Positions 8,581 through 17,198 of a stretch of 27,078 nt of DNA are shown here, piece by piece (positions within the stretch are counted from its first letter, which is position 1; each line of letters starts with the position of its first letter). The position numbers were made by a program, and so were the translations under genes. The notes beneath the pieces were generated by a model. It was not told the origin of the DNA and made no database searches. It worked only from the letters and a program-made list of their open reading frames with translations. Source of the DNA: an uncultured archaeon (GTDB lineage Archaea > Altiarchaeota > Altiarchaeia > JAFGQM01); assembly GCA_964619365.1 (NCBI GenBank), contig CAZUDQ010000013.1, forward strand, positions 1 to 27,078. The letters run 5' to 3'.

Positions 8581-8736
8581 TTAAGGACCCGTAAAACCGC
8601 ACTTGGGGCACTTATACATATTGTTCATCGCGCGGCAGTGTGCACAGCGAAGGAGACCTTCCCCGCACTCGGGACATGGGAACGAAACGATTGTTGTTCC
8701 GCGCCCGCCGCATGTCATGCAAATTCTTTCAGCCAT
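8581..8736 (-). CDS. Small zinc-finger protein, DUF1610/HVO_2753 family (51 aa, not in the ORF track)
   Basis: Manual translation gives MAERICMTCGGRGTTIVSFPCPECGEGLLRCAHCRAMNNMYKCPKCGFTGP, with four CxxC motifs and a C-terminal GFxGP. It occupies the conserved position directly upstream of EF-1beta. Confidence 0.92.
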   Translation of the reverse strand: MAERICMTCGGRGTTIVSFPCPECGEGLLRCAHCRAMNNMYKCPKCGFTGP

Positions 8737-8849
8737 TTTAAAATTTAGATATTTATTGTTTTATAATAATATTGCGGTGTGATTTTGAGGGTGGAGGTAT
8801 AAAAGCCTTTTAACTCTTTTTCAATAAACTAATAAACTTCCAAAACAAA

Positions 8850-11800
8850 ATGAATAAAAAAGCTCTTCTCCTGACAATAGCAGTCCTTGCAGTATTTTTT
8901 GTTGCAGGAACATGTGCGCAGTATGTGAAAATCGACTCGGCGACAAACCCCACGATGGTATTTGATTCGGGGACATGTGTAGCATTTGTCGGTGACAATA
9001 TGCCTGTGGGAAAAGCTGCAAAGGAAATTTTTGAAAAGGAATTAAGTGACGAATCCTCAGTCGGAAGCACCGTTGCAGGCTGGTTCACAACGACAGTTGA
9101 TGATGTTAAGGGCGAAGCTAAAAATCCTATTTTAGGAAAGCAAGGCAGCGACGGATTCTTTTATTGCTACACGGCCGTAGCAGGAAGACAGATACCTTTA
9201 GAAAGTCACCCAAAGGTCATGGCAATCGAGTTTTGGACGCCCTCCATGGGAGATTCCCCAACATTGTCCGGTTGCGAAATCTATAAAGATAACTTTAAGA
9301 CTACAGCACCAAACTCCAATATATTAACAGACGGCAACGGAAAAATTTATTTTTCCGGCTCGGGATTCTATGCATCATGCGGAGTGGAAACAAAAACTTT
9401 TCCTGATTCTGGAAAAACAGCTCAAGTCCAAAAGATACTTGTAGCAGGTGCGAGCCAGGAGGCTCTTAAGGCCGCTGCAGAAGACTTGGCCGAAGCAATA
9501 GGCGACATGGATGCAAGCGATTATGAATCCAAGGTCAAATACTATGTTGATGAGCCTTGGGCAAAAAGCCTTTTAGTCTACACTAAAAACGGTGATAAGG
9601 GAGCTGCCTATGGCCTTGCTGAAACGGAGCTCGAATACAAAGACAGTATGTCAAAAACTCCTCTAGCATATATCAGCGATGATAGCAAAGAAACAAACAG
9701 CAATTATATCGCTCTTATCCTAAATCCTGGTGAGGATGGTCATGTCTATGTCTTTGCGTCCGCAGCAGATATCGTCAATAAACCCACGACAACCCCACAG
9801 GCTGTCGCCGCAACGCTAAACAAGCAAAATGCAGATAAAGAAAACGGCGGAGAGGGTTACTCGATAGTCAATGCGACAGCATACGGTTGCATAAATGCGG
9901 CAACAGCAAAACAGAAATCAAAGAATACTCAGTTATCTTCATCAGATTTTTCAACAGGCTCTGCTTATGCTTTAGACAACGACGGGATATATGCATTAAA
10001 TGTAACTGGTGAAGATTACGCTTATATAGGCCTTAACGGTTTTGTCTGCAATTTTGACGGCACTGAAGAAAAAGGTTCATGTACAGCGGCAATCTTAGGA
10101 ACAGACACTTATGTAAAAGATCCAAAAGAGGATCACGCATATTGCGCGCAGGCAAAGTCCGACGATGTGTCGGGGGCCTGGCAAAATCTTGGAGTCTACT
10201 GGGAAAAAGATACAGATGACGGTAAAATAACATTTATAGCGGGCTTTGCTCCCTGCTCAACAACAGGTATGGTTGCAATGGAGTCGGCATATCCTACAGG
10301 CAATTTGGGACGCCAGAAAGTCACTATTTGCGAAAAAGGGAAGTCGTATGAATGCCCCTACGATGAGAGCAAAGGAACTGAGGAAAACGGATATGGAACA
10401 TTCTCTTCTAATTGGTGTGGATGTCTTTCTCTGGAGGCGTTGCCGGAAATTGAAATAGGAACGGCTGAAACAGGTGGATCACCAAGCCTTAGCGTTGCTG
10501 ATAAAGGCAAAGTGGAAACTACTGCAGACCTTGGCACTGAGGTGACTAAGGATGATGCAAATAAAGCTAAAATTGAGCATGAAAAACAGCGTGCGACGCT
10601 TGCAAATCAAGCTTGGAGAGGCATAGTTTCTGTATCAGAAGATGCGTGGGATGGTGTCACAAGCGCAGGAGAAGTTGTGTGGGACGGAACAAAGTACGTA
10701 ACCGGTGCTACCTGGGACGGAACCAAGTATGTCGGCGGAGCCGCATGGGACGCGACTAAGTATGTAGGTCAATCTATAGGTGAAGGTGCACAAACCGTAT
10801 GGGATGGAACAAAGTACGTAACCGGTGCTACTTGGGACGGAACCAAGTATGTCGGCGGAGCCATATGGGACGCGACTAAATATGTGGGCAATACATTATA
10901 TACAACAAGCCCTGCTGATATCGTTAGTGGAATTGGAACTGGCGCACAAGCAGTATGGGACGGAACAAAGTACGTAACCGGTGCCACCTGGGACGGAACC
11001 AAGTATGTCGGCGGAGCCGCATGGGACGCGACTAAGTATGTAGGTCAATCTATAGGTGAAGGTGCACAAGCAGTATGGGACGGAACCAAGTATGTCGGTG
11101 GAGCCGTATGGAACGGAACCACATACGTTGGTGAACAAATAGGCGAAGGTGCACAAGCAGTATGGGACGGAACAAAGTACGTAACCGGTGCTACCTGGGA
11201 CGGAACCAAGTATGTCGGCGGAGCCGCATGGGACGCGACTAAGTATGTAGGTCAATCTATAGGTGAAGGTGCACAAGCAGTATGGGATGGAACAAAGTAC
11301 GTAACGGGTGCCACCTGGGACGGAACCAAGTATGTCGGCGGAGCCGCATGGGACGCAAGCATATATGTTGGCGAACAAATAGGCGAAGGTAGTGAATATG
11401 CAATATCAGCAATTGACTCTGGCGCAACCTCAACCTGGAATTATCTTGCAGAAGCCTCTGATGAAAACACAAAAGAACTTAACAATAAGATAGGCAATCC
11501 TAAAGACGGAACTATTCATGAATTGGAGGGGGTAGAATACCGATATACTGATGGCAAATGGGTAGTTGATGATGTCTGGGACGCAACAAAACTCGTAACG
11601 TTTAGTGCTGGTTCAGGTATTGCAGATGGCGCAGAGTATCTGTATACAAAGACAAACGAATATGTAGTCAATCCGGTATGGACATCCACAAAGGACGCGT
11701 CGTCTGCGACATGGGATGTAACAAAATCAATTGCAAATACATTATATACAACAAGTCCTGCTGATGTCGTTAGTGGAATTGGAACTGGCGCACAAACAGT

Positions 11801-12641
11801 ATGGGACGGAACAAAGTACGTAACCGGTGCTACCTGGGACGGAACCAAGTATGTAGGCGGAGCCACCTGGGACGGAACCACATACGTTGGTGAACAAATA
11901 GGCGAAGGCGCACAAACAGTATGGGACGGAACAAAGTACGTAACCGGAGCTACTTGGGACGGAACCAAGTATGTCGGCGGAGCCACCTGGGACGGAACCA
12001 CATACGTTGGTGAACAAATAGGCGAAGGCGCACAAACAGTATGGGACGGAACAAAGTACGTAACCGGAGCTACTTGGGACGGAACCAAGTATGTCGGCGG
12101 AGCCACCTGGGACGGAACAAAATATGTGGGCAATACATTATATACAACAAGCCCTGCCGATATCGTTAGTGGAATTGGAACTGGCGCACAAGCTACTGGC
12201 ACAGGTATTGCAAATGCTGCAGGGTACATCTGGGATGGTAACACAGAAAGTGGCAAAGATGCAACTCCATACAGCATCGTCGGGATGACAAGCACAACAG
12301 GCAATGCAATTTCAAATATGGCAAGCTGGACTTATGGGGCCACTAAAACAGGAGCAGTGGGTATCAAAGATGCAACGATTGCCACAACAAATGCTCTTTC
12401 AAATGCGGCAAGTAAAACAGGTACTGCAGTTAAAAGCGGTACTATAGCTGTTTATGATGGGACAGTTTATGTGTTCAAAGCCTCAGGAGACTGGGTAACC
12501 GGTACAGCATGGCCAAAAATAGGGGAATTTACAACAAGTACGGGAAAAACAATAGGAGCTACGGGCACATATATATATCAGGCCTCTCCGAAAAAGGTGG
12601 TCGATGATATTAAGTCGGTATTTGTTTCGACTACCCCATAA
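8850..12641 (+). CDS. Large secreted protein: signal peptide, acidic Cys-containing N-terminal half, C-terminal Trp-marked 11/18-aa repeat region
   Basis: Signal peptide MNKKALLLTIAVLAVFFVAGTCA and an uninterrupted 1263-aa ORF. Repeats read WDGTKYVTGAT/WDGTKYVGGAA/WDATKYVGQSIGEGAQAV. There is no C-terminal TM anchor. Function unknown. Confidence 0.85.
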   Translation: MNKKALLLTIAVLAVFFVAGTCAQYVKIDSATNPTMVFDSGTCVAFVGDNMPVGKAAKEIFEKELSDESSVGSTVAGWFTTTVDDVKGEAKNPILGKQGSDGFFYCYTAVAGRQIPLESHPKVMAIEFWTPSMGDSPTLSGCEIYKDNFKTTAPNSNILTDGNGKIYFSGSGFYASCGVETKTFPDSGKTAQVQKILVAGASQEALKAAAEDLAEAIGDMDASDYESKVKYYVDEPWAKSLLVYTKNGDKGAAYGLAETELEYKDSMSKTPLAYISDDSKETNSNYIALILNPGEDGHVYVFASAADIVNKPTTTPQAVAATLNKQNADKENGGEGYSIVNATAYGCINAATAKQKSKNTQLSSSDFSTGSAYALDNDGIYALNVTGEDYAYIGLNGFVCNFDGTEEKGSCTAAILGTDTYVKDPKEDHAYCAQAKSDDVSGAWQNLGVYWEKDTDDGKITFIAGFAPCSTTGMVAMESAYPTGNLGRQKVTICEKGKSYECPYDESKGTEENGYGTFSSNWCGCLSLEALPEIEIGTAETGGSPSLSVADKGKVETTADLGTEVTKDDANKAKIEHEKQRATLANQAWRGIVSVSEDAWDGVTSAGEVVWDGTKYVTGATWDGTKYVGGAAWDATKYVGQSIGEGAQTVWDGTKYVTGATWDGTKYVGGAIWDATKYVGNTLYTTSPADIVSGIGTGAQAVWDGTKYVTGATWDGTKYVGGAAWDATKYVGQSIGEGAQAVWDGTKYVGGAVWNGTTYVGEQIGEGAQAVWDGTKYVTGATWDGTKYVGGAAWDATKYVGQSIGEGAQAVWDGTKYVTGATWDGTKYVGGAAWDASIYVGEQIGEGSEYAISAIDSGATSTWNYLAEASDENTKELNNKIGNPKDGTIHELEGVEYRYTDGKWVVDDVWDATKLVTFSAGSGIADGAEYLYTKTNEYVVNPVWTSTKDASSATWDVTKSIANTLYTTSPADVVSGIGTGAQTVWDGTKYVTGATWDGTKYVGGATWDGTTYVGEQIGEGAQTVWDGTKYVTGATWDGTKYVGGATWDGTTYVGEQIGEGAQTVWDGTKYVTGATWDGTKYVGGATWDGTKYVGNTLYTTSPADIVSGIGTGAQATGTGIANAAGYIWDGNTESGKDATPYSIVGMTSTTGNAISNMASWTYGATKTGAVGIKDATIATTNALSNAASKTGTAVKSGTIAVYDGTVYVFKASGDWVTGTAWPKIGEFTTSTGKTIGATGTYIYQASPKKVVDDIKSVFVSTTP
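10678..11390 (+). repeat. Intragenic tandem repeat block 1 (33-bp and 54-bp subunits, 120-bp higher-order unit)
   Basis: Recurrent TGGGACGGAAC(A/C)AAGTA(C/T)GT. Sequence lines 10681 vs 10801 and 11161 vs 11281 are near-identical (120-bp offset). Confidence 0.95.
11709..12195 (+). repeat. Intragenic tandem repeat block 2 (120-bp unit, near-perfect copies)
   Basis: Lines 11881 and 12001 are identical, and 11941 and 12061 differ by one base. The block is flanked by the NTLYTTSPADxVSGIGTGAQ variant that also occurs near 10890. Confidence 0.95.
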
Positions 12642-12657
12642 AATAAAAAACAATAAA

Positions 12658-13545
12658 ATGAATTCAAGAAAACTGGGGGGAATTGCATTTTTTGCATTTT
12701 TTGCATTCGCATTTGTCGCATCAGGAGCAACGGATATCACAGTAGGCGAAAACGATTATTGCGAGCGTTATAATATCGAATTTTGGTGCGAGAAAGGTGC
12801 TACTGACTTTTTAGAAGGACTAGATCAAGAAACTCTTGAATGGTCTGGAGGATATCTAAACGATTTAGCTTTTACTGACTCCCAAAGATATACAGGTCTT
12901 TTAAAAGTCGATTCGGTCAAGGTAATCTCTGATGTAGGCAATGATGGCGCGAGGGTCAATGCCACATACATAATTAAAAACCCAGGTGACGAAGTTATCT
13001 CTGATTGGGGGGCAGCGTTTTATGCCCCAGGGGACACTAAGCTCTATCTTGATGGTGAAGAACTTGAAGGAATTGATGCGCAGCTTGACGGCTGGCCGAT
13101 TAATCTGGGGCCTGGTGAGACACAGGTTGTAAAGCTTGTCATGCAAGAACCCAATTATGGCGATATTTATGCTTATAATATAAACCTACTTTTTGATGGT
13201 AAGACAATAGACAATCACATAAGCCCAAAAGGCAGTTTTGAGTTCCTGCTTCCTGTGGGTGTAGACAACATCGAATGCGTACCTGGAGATTACACTAAGT
13301 CTGTATCAGACGGCCGTACAAAAGTCACTTGGGAAATGGAGAACTTTGTTCCTTGGACAAATCCTTTTAACGACCTTATCTGCAAGTGGGACGGTGCAGG
13401 GACAGAAACCAAAGAAGAGCCCACGACAACCCAAAGTCCCCAGAATACAACGGAAGGAAGTTTCCCATTATGGATAATAATCCTCGTAGTTGCTATAATA
13501 CTTGTAGCAGTCTTTTATTTCTATAAACGTGGGCAAGCGGAATAA
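12658..13545 (+). CDS. Secreted acidic protein with C-terminal transmembrane anchor
   Basis: Signal peptide MNSRKLGGIAFFAFFAFAFVASGA, Thr/Pro linker, TM FPLWIIILVVAIILVAVFYFY followed by KR. Starts 16 bp after the repeat-protein stop. Confidence 0.8.
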   Translation: MNSRKLGGIAFFAFFAFAFVASGATDITVGENDYCERYNIEFWCEKGATDFLEGLDQETLEWSGGYLNDLAFTDSQRYTGLLKVDSVKVISDVGNDGARVNATYIIKNPGDEVISDWGAAFYAPGDTKLYLDGEELEGIDAQLDGWPINLGPGETQVVKLVMQEPNYGDIYAYNINLLFDGKTIDNHISPKGSFEFLLPVGVDNIECVPGDYTKSVSDGRTKVTWEMENFVPWTNPFNDLICKWDGAGTETKEEPTTTQSPQNTTEGSFPLWIIILVVAIILVAVFYFYKRGQAE

Positions 13546-13604
13546 ACAAAACCTTTAATAAGTTTATCTTCAAATATCGCGCTATCTTCTTTACCTATAG
13601 ATAT

Positions 13605-13678
13605 GCCCGGGTAGGGTAGCCAGGACATCCTTTCAGGTTGCGGACCTGACGACCGGGGTTCGAATCCCCGCTCGGGCG
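13605..13678 (+). tRNA. tRNA-Arg (anticodon GCG), intronless, no encoded CCA
   Basis: Acceptor GCCCGGG/CTCGGGC plus discriminator G, D arm GGGTAGCCAGGACATCC, anticodon arm TCAGG-TTGCGGA-CCTGA, T arm CGGGG-TTCGAAT-CCCCG. Confidence 0.96.
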
Positions 13679-13679
13679 C

Positions 13680-13685
13680 TTTTTT
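13680..13685 (+). terminator. Oligo-T tract after tRNA-Arg (archaeal-type terminator)
   Basis: Six Ts almost immediately 3' of the discriminator base. Confidence 0.45.
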
Positions 13686-13742
13686 GATACGTCTTAGCAT
13701 CAGCGATATTCTTTTAAGTCTTATTTACTGTTAATATACCTA

Positions 13743-14084
13743 ATGAGCATGCGACCTCCCAAGAAAGCAAAAAAAACTCCAGTGAAAAGCCCAGCTCAAA
13801 TGGCTCACAAGAACAACCTTCAGTTCAGGGCATTTGTAAGAAGGAGAATTGCGCCGCTTAAGGAGAACTTCGAAAAGTCCGGCGCAAAGCTTGATGCAAA
13901 GACACGGGCGAATTTCATAGAGCAAAGCTACACACACTTTAAAACCGCAAATAATCTAAGGAAAAGTGCTCTAAAGCAAAATCCCACAAATCCCCAGGAG
14001 ATTGCCAAGGAAATTGAATCGCAAAGGTTGCGCCAGGCGTTTTTAGACCAGGAAAAGATGCGCGCGGAGAAACTAAAAAAATAG
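13743..14084 (+). CDS. Hypothetical basic, probably alpha-helical protein
   Basis: 113-aa ORF with a K/P-rich N-terminus. A TTTTAAG TATA-like box at 13712-13718 lies ~25-31 bp upstream of the ATG. Confidence 0.7.
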   Translation: MSMRPPKKAKKTPVKSPAQMAHKNNLQFRAFVRRRIAPLKENFEKSGAKLDAKTRANFIEQSYTHFKTANNLRKSALKQNPTNPQEIAKEIESQRLRQAFLDQEKMRAEKLKK

Positions 14085-14123
14085 TGATTTTTAATCCTTT
14101 AAGAGATAGAACAATATAACAGA

Positions 14124-15191
14124 ATGAACCGCCCAGACGCCCATAAACTTTCAGATGAAGACTTTAAGCTTAGGCGAGGTACATTTGCTCATGACCATAG
14201 AGCCAATATACACGGCATTAACGGTTTGGCGGATTTGTATCAGAAGCATTTTGATCCAGATACACTCGAACTTTTTAAGTATCTGCATGGCACCCAGCCA
14301 AATTATTATATTGCAGAGCAAGCAAGCAAGCTAATTGCGGTGGAAGATAGGTTTAAAGATAAGTTTACTAATGTGTCTAATCGGGATGAGCGCAACCGGC
14401 TTCTTGAAGACTATAGGGAGGACTTGTCAATAGAACAAAAAGAACTGATTAAACGCAGTAAAAGGATACAAAAGTTTATTACGTTAAATAAAAGCCGGGC
14501 CTCTAAAGGGGATTTGAAGAAACAAGAACAAATGAATAAAATTTCAGATTTTTTTGATACATCAATAAAAACAGAAAAGACAACATTTTCAATGCAAAAT
14601 GCCCCAATGACGCTAAAACAGAAGATGCGGCGCATGAATATTAATCGCAGGCTTGAGAACTATGCAAAAAAGAACGGAATTGAGTATAAACCACTCAATG
14701 CAGGAAATGTAAGGCTTGTTAGCGTAAACCCAGAGATTTTTGACAGGGGGCTTGGCAACCTTGTCAATAATGCAAAACGACATATGGCACCTAATGATAA
14801 GATGACCCTTAAACTCGTAGGAAAACGGGGAGAATACCAAATAAAGCTTAGCAACACAGGGTCAGAACTCGGTCCTGAAGCCCAGGAAAAACTAGGACTT
14901 GAAGAGTTTACTACCAAAACCAAAAGTGGCGAGCATGGCAAGGGAACTCTTTCTGTAGCTCAAATGGCAAAGGAACATTGGGACATAGCAGGAAGAAAAG
15001 CACCCAAGCGTGTTCTTATCGCAAAGAACTGGGACAGTGGCGCAGGAAAGAAAGGTGTTGAAATGACAATACGACTTCCCGCACCCCACTTAAATGCTCC
15101 TGCCGCAAGAAAAACCCATAAAATAAAACCACAGAAGGGCGGGATTAAAAAAAGACCGTTGCGAAGTGCAAAGCCACGAAGAAGGAAATAA
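14124..15191 (+). CDS. Soluble histidine kinase-like protein (HisKA-like H box plus HATPase_c), no sensor domain
   Basis: H box FAHDHR, N box LGNLVNNAKRH, G1 LSNTG, F box EFTTK, G2 GEHGKG, terminal GVEMTIRLP, then a K/R/P-rich tail. Confidence 0.75.
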   Translation: MNRPDAHKLSDEDFKLRRGTFAHDHRANIHGINGLADLYQKHFDPDTLELFKYLHGTQPNYYIAEQASKLIAVEDRFKDKFTNVSNRDERNRLLEDYREDLSIEQKELIKRSKRIQKFITLNKSRASKGDLKKQEQMNKISDFFDTSIKTEKTTFSMQNAPMTLKQKMRRMNINRRLENYAKKNGIEYKPLNAGNVRLVSVNPEIFDRGLGNLVNNAKRHMAPNDKMTLKLVGKRGEYQIKLSNTGSELGPEAQEKLGLEEFTTKTKSGEHGKGTLSVAQMAKEHWDIAGRKAPKRVLIAKNWDSGAGKKGVEMTIRLPAPHLNAPAARKTHKIKPQKGGIKKRPLRSAKPRRRK

Positions 15192-15209
15192 CACCAGTCT
15201 AATCTACTT

Positions 15210-15797
15210 TTAATGGATACGTCTTCTTGCCTGCGCGCATGACATAATTGAGAATTCTATGATGTCACTAGCCTCATTGATATCACAGGCATAAAGTTTC
15301 TCAAGCATTATTTTGAATAGGTCTGCTGTAACCATTGCATCAGAAAGCGCCCGGTGGGCATTATCATTTCTTAGTTCAAAATGACAGCAAAGCGCGCCAA
15401 GCGACTTTGAGCGCGGTTCTGCAAAAAGTCTTGTCGCAAGCCTTCGCGTACATATAGATTCTTTTGGGAACGCGTGCCCTAAACTGCGTGCATTAAGGCT
15501 AAGAAAGCTGTGGTCAAAAGATGCATTGTGCGCGACAAACTTCCCATCTCCTAAAAATTCAAGAAAATCGGGAAGAGCTTCACTTATCGTCGGAGCATCC
15601 TGCACCATCTTATCATCAATCCCGGTGAGCCTGGTTATACTCCATGGGATTGGTCGCCTGGGATTGACAAGAGTCTGGAAGGTCTCTTTTTTCTCCCCAC
15701 AAGAGTCAAGGATGACAGCCCCAATCTCAGTTATGGCACTTGTGCGCGGACTAAGGCCAGTAGTTTCAATATCGACCACAACAAAATCCCCGGGCAT
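15210..15797 (-). CDS. DEDDh 3'-5' exonuclease (DnaQ/PolC-epsilon-like), standalone
   Basis: ExoI VVDIETTG, ITEIGAV, ITRLTGI, ExoII VAHNASFD and ExoIII HRALSDA. Confidence 0.92.
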   Translation of the reverse strand: MPGDFVVVDIETTGLSPRTSAITEIGAVILDSCGEKKETFQTLVNPRRPIPWSITRLTGIDDKMVQDAPTISEALPDFLEFLGDGKFVAHNASFDHSFLSLNARSLGHAFPKESICTRRLATRLFAEPRSKSLGALCCHFELRNDNAHRALSDAMVTADLFKIMLEKLYACDINEASDIIEFSIMSCAQARRRIH

Positions 15798-15850
15798 GTT
15801 CTAATTTTGAAACTGATTGAATTTAAGTCTCGGAAAAGGATTTATTCTCA

Positions 15851-16312
15851 TCAGTCCTTTGCTGGCTTCTTTTGTACTTTTTGACCAGTTGGCATCACAA
15901 TCCCCGAAGCCGGGTCATGATTATGATATGCATACAGCATACCTTTTTCATCAACAAAACCCGACTTAATACCACTACTTGCATCAGCGCCTTTGATGAG
16001 TTTGCCTTCCGGCGTTTTCATAGTTTTAAATACGCCAGTATTCTTTGCCTTTGTGAGTTTCCTTTCTGCAATGCCTTTCCCCCTCCCACAACGAAAGTTA
16101 GCACAATATGGCCAGTAAAAGTCTTCAATACCTTCAGTTAATACATAATGTCCGCTTCTATGAAGGTCGTCAACAACTAGTTCGGGTTTGCCCTCCCTTA
16201 GACATTTGTTATTTATCCATTCAGAAGACACCCTAACCTTTTTACATTGCCTACAAATGCTAGAAGGTTTTTTTGGAGAGTATAGTGGAGATTTTTTCTT
16301 TCGACTTATCAT
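15851..16312 (-). CDS. Hypothetical basic Cys-motif protein, paralog 1 of 5
   Basis: CRQC..C..YCANFRC..IKGADAS..GFVDEKGMLYAY..HD..S..V..TGQ, shared with its neighbours. The start overlaps the upstream stop (ATGA). Confidence 0.85.
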   Translation of the reverse strand: MISRKKKSPLYSPKKPSSICRQCKKVRVSSEWINNKCLREGKPELVVDDLHRSGHYVLTEGIEDFYWPYCANFRCGRGKGIAERKLTKAKNTGVFKTMKTPEGKLIKGADASSGIKSGFVDEKGMLYAYHNHDPASGIVMPTGQKVQKKPAKD

Positions 16313-16722
16313 TTTCCCTCCAATTCCTTTTCACTTAGTTTTTGACCGGTGGGCATTACTTGCAGGCTTTTGGGGTCAAGATTTTTATATGCATAAAGCT
16401 TGCCCGCCTTATCCACAAAACCAGTTTTAATTATGCTTGCATCAACGCCTTTTATAGGTTTTATGTCATGAAATTTTATTTGATGATTACCACCTTTAGC
16501 GGTTGCATTCAATTGTTTTACTGCGTGCGCTCTCCCCCGCTCGCAACGATAATATGCACAGAACGCAGGATTGTCCGTAAGGGGCAAATTTTGTTCCTTA
16601 GCGTCTAGAACCACAAGCTTTGGATCTTTTATCCTGCAGTTCTTATTAAGCTTAAAGGTTACGCATTTTTGACAGACGGCTCGTTTGTCTCTAGGAGCTT
16701 TTAGGGCAGGTCTTGGCTTCAT
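16309..16722 (-). CDS. Hypothetical basic Cys-motif protein, paralog 2 of 5
   Basis: CQKC..C..FCAYYRC..IKGVDAS..GFVDKAGKLYAY..LD..S..V..TGQ. Confidence 0.85.
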   Translation of the reverse strand: MKPRPALKAPRDKRAVCQKCVTFKLNKNCRIKDPKLVVLDAKEQNLPLTDNPAFCAYYRCERGRAHAVKQLNATAKGGNHQIKFHDIKPIKGVDASIIKTGFVDKAGKLYAYKNLDPKSLQVMPTGQKLSEKELEGK

Positions 16723-16736
16723 ATTCTAAGGGGTTA

Positions 16737-17198
16737 TTACTTGTTTGCTTTAGCCATTTTTCGCCTTTCAATTAGCGCCAAAGTCTCTTTATCCAGGTTC
16801 GCATACTGTCCAGTGCTGTGAACTACGTGGGAATCCTTATCATGCCCATCATAGACGTACAGCCTTCCGTCCAAATCCACAAAGCCTCTTTTGTTAAGGC
16901 TGGCATCGACCCCTTCGATTTCTAACCTGCCTTCCTTTTTGACGATAAGCTTTCCTTTTTCCACCGCGCGTTTAAGTCTATTCCCTGCAACTCGGGTCCC
17001 CCTTGGACATCTCCGATTAGCACAATAAGCAACCATAACATCAGGGTTCTCCTGGTATTTGTCCCAAGTGGCCTTTGCTATATCATCAAGCACAAGCTCC
17101 GCTTTGCCTTTCATCCGGCAGCTACTCGCAAAACCGCATTTTTCACATACGGCCTTAGGGTTCTTGGGCTTATGGATATGGTGACTTGCTTTTCTCAT
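16737..17198 (-). CDS. Hypothetical basic Cys-motif protein, paralog 3 of 5
   Basis: CEKC..C..YCANRRC..IEGVDAS..GFVDLDGRLYVY..HD..S..V..TGQ. The start overlaps the upstream stop (ATGA). Confidence 0.87.
   Translation of the reverse strand: MRKASHHIHKPKNPKAVCEKCGFASSCRMKGKAELVLDDIAKATWDKYQENPDVMVAYCANRRCPRGTRVAGNRLKRAVEKGKLIVKKEGRLEIEGVDASLNKRGFVDLDGRLYVYDGHDKDSHVVHSTGQYANLDKETLALIERRKMAKANK

Noticed and set aside
10678-12195. Possible CRISPR array (recurrent TGGGACGGAACCAAGTA)
   Set aside because: There are no unique spacers, unit lengths are multiples of three, variation is mostly synonymous, the region lies in an open 1263-aa frame, and no cas genes are present.
10769-12304. Long antisense ORFs (10769-11002, 10896-11378, 11516-12304, 11742-12035)
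   Set aside because: They are shadow frames produced by the stop-poor repeats of the plus-strand gene.
8850-13545. Prophage or tailocin because of tape-measure-like repeats
   Set aside because: The protein has a signal peptide, and there are no tail tube, chaperone, baseplate, terminase or integrase genes in the window.
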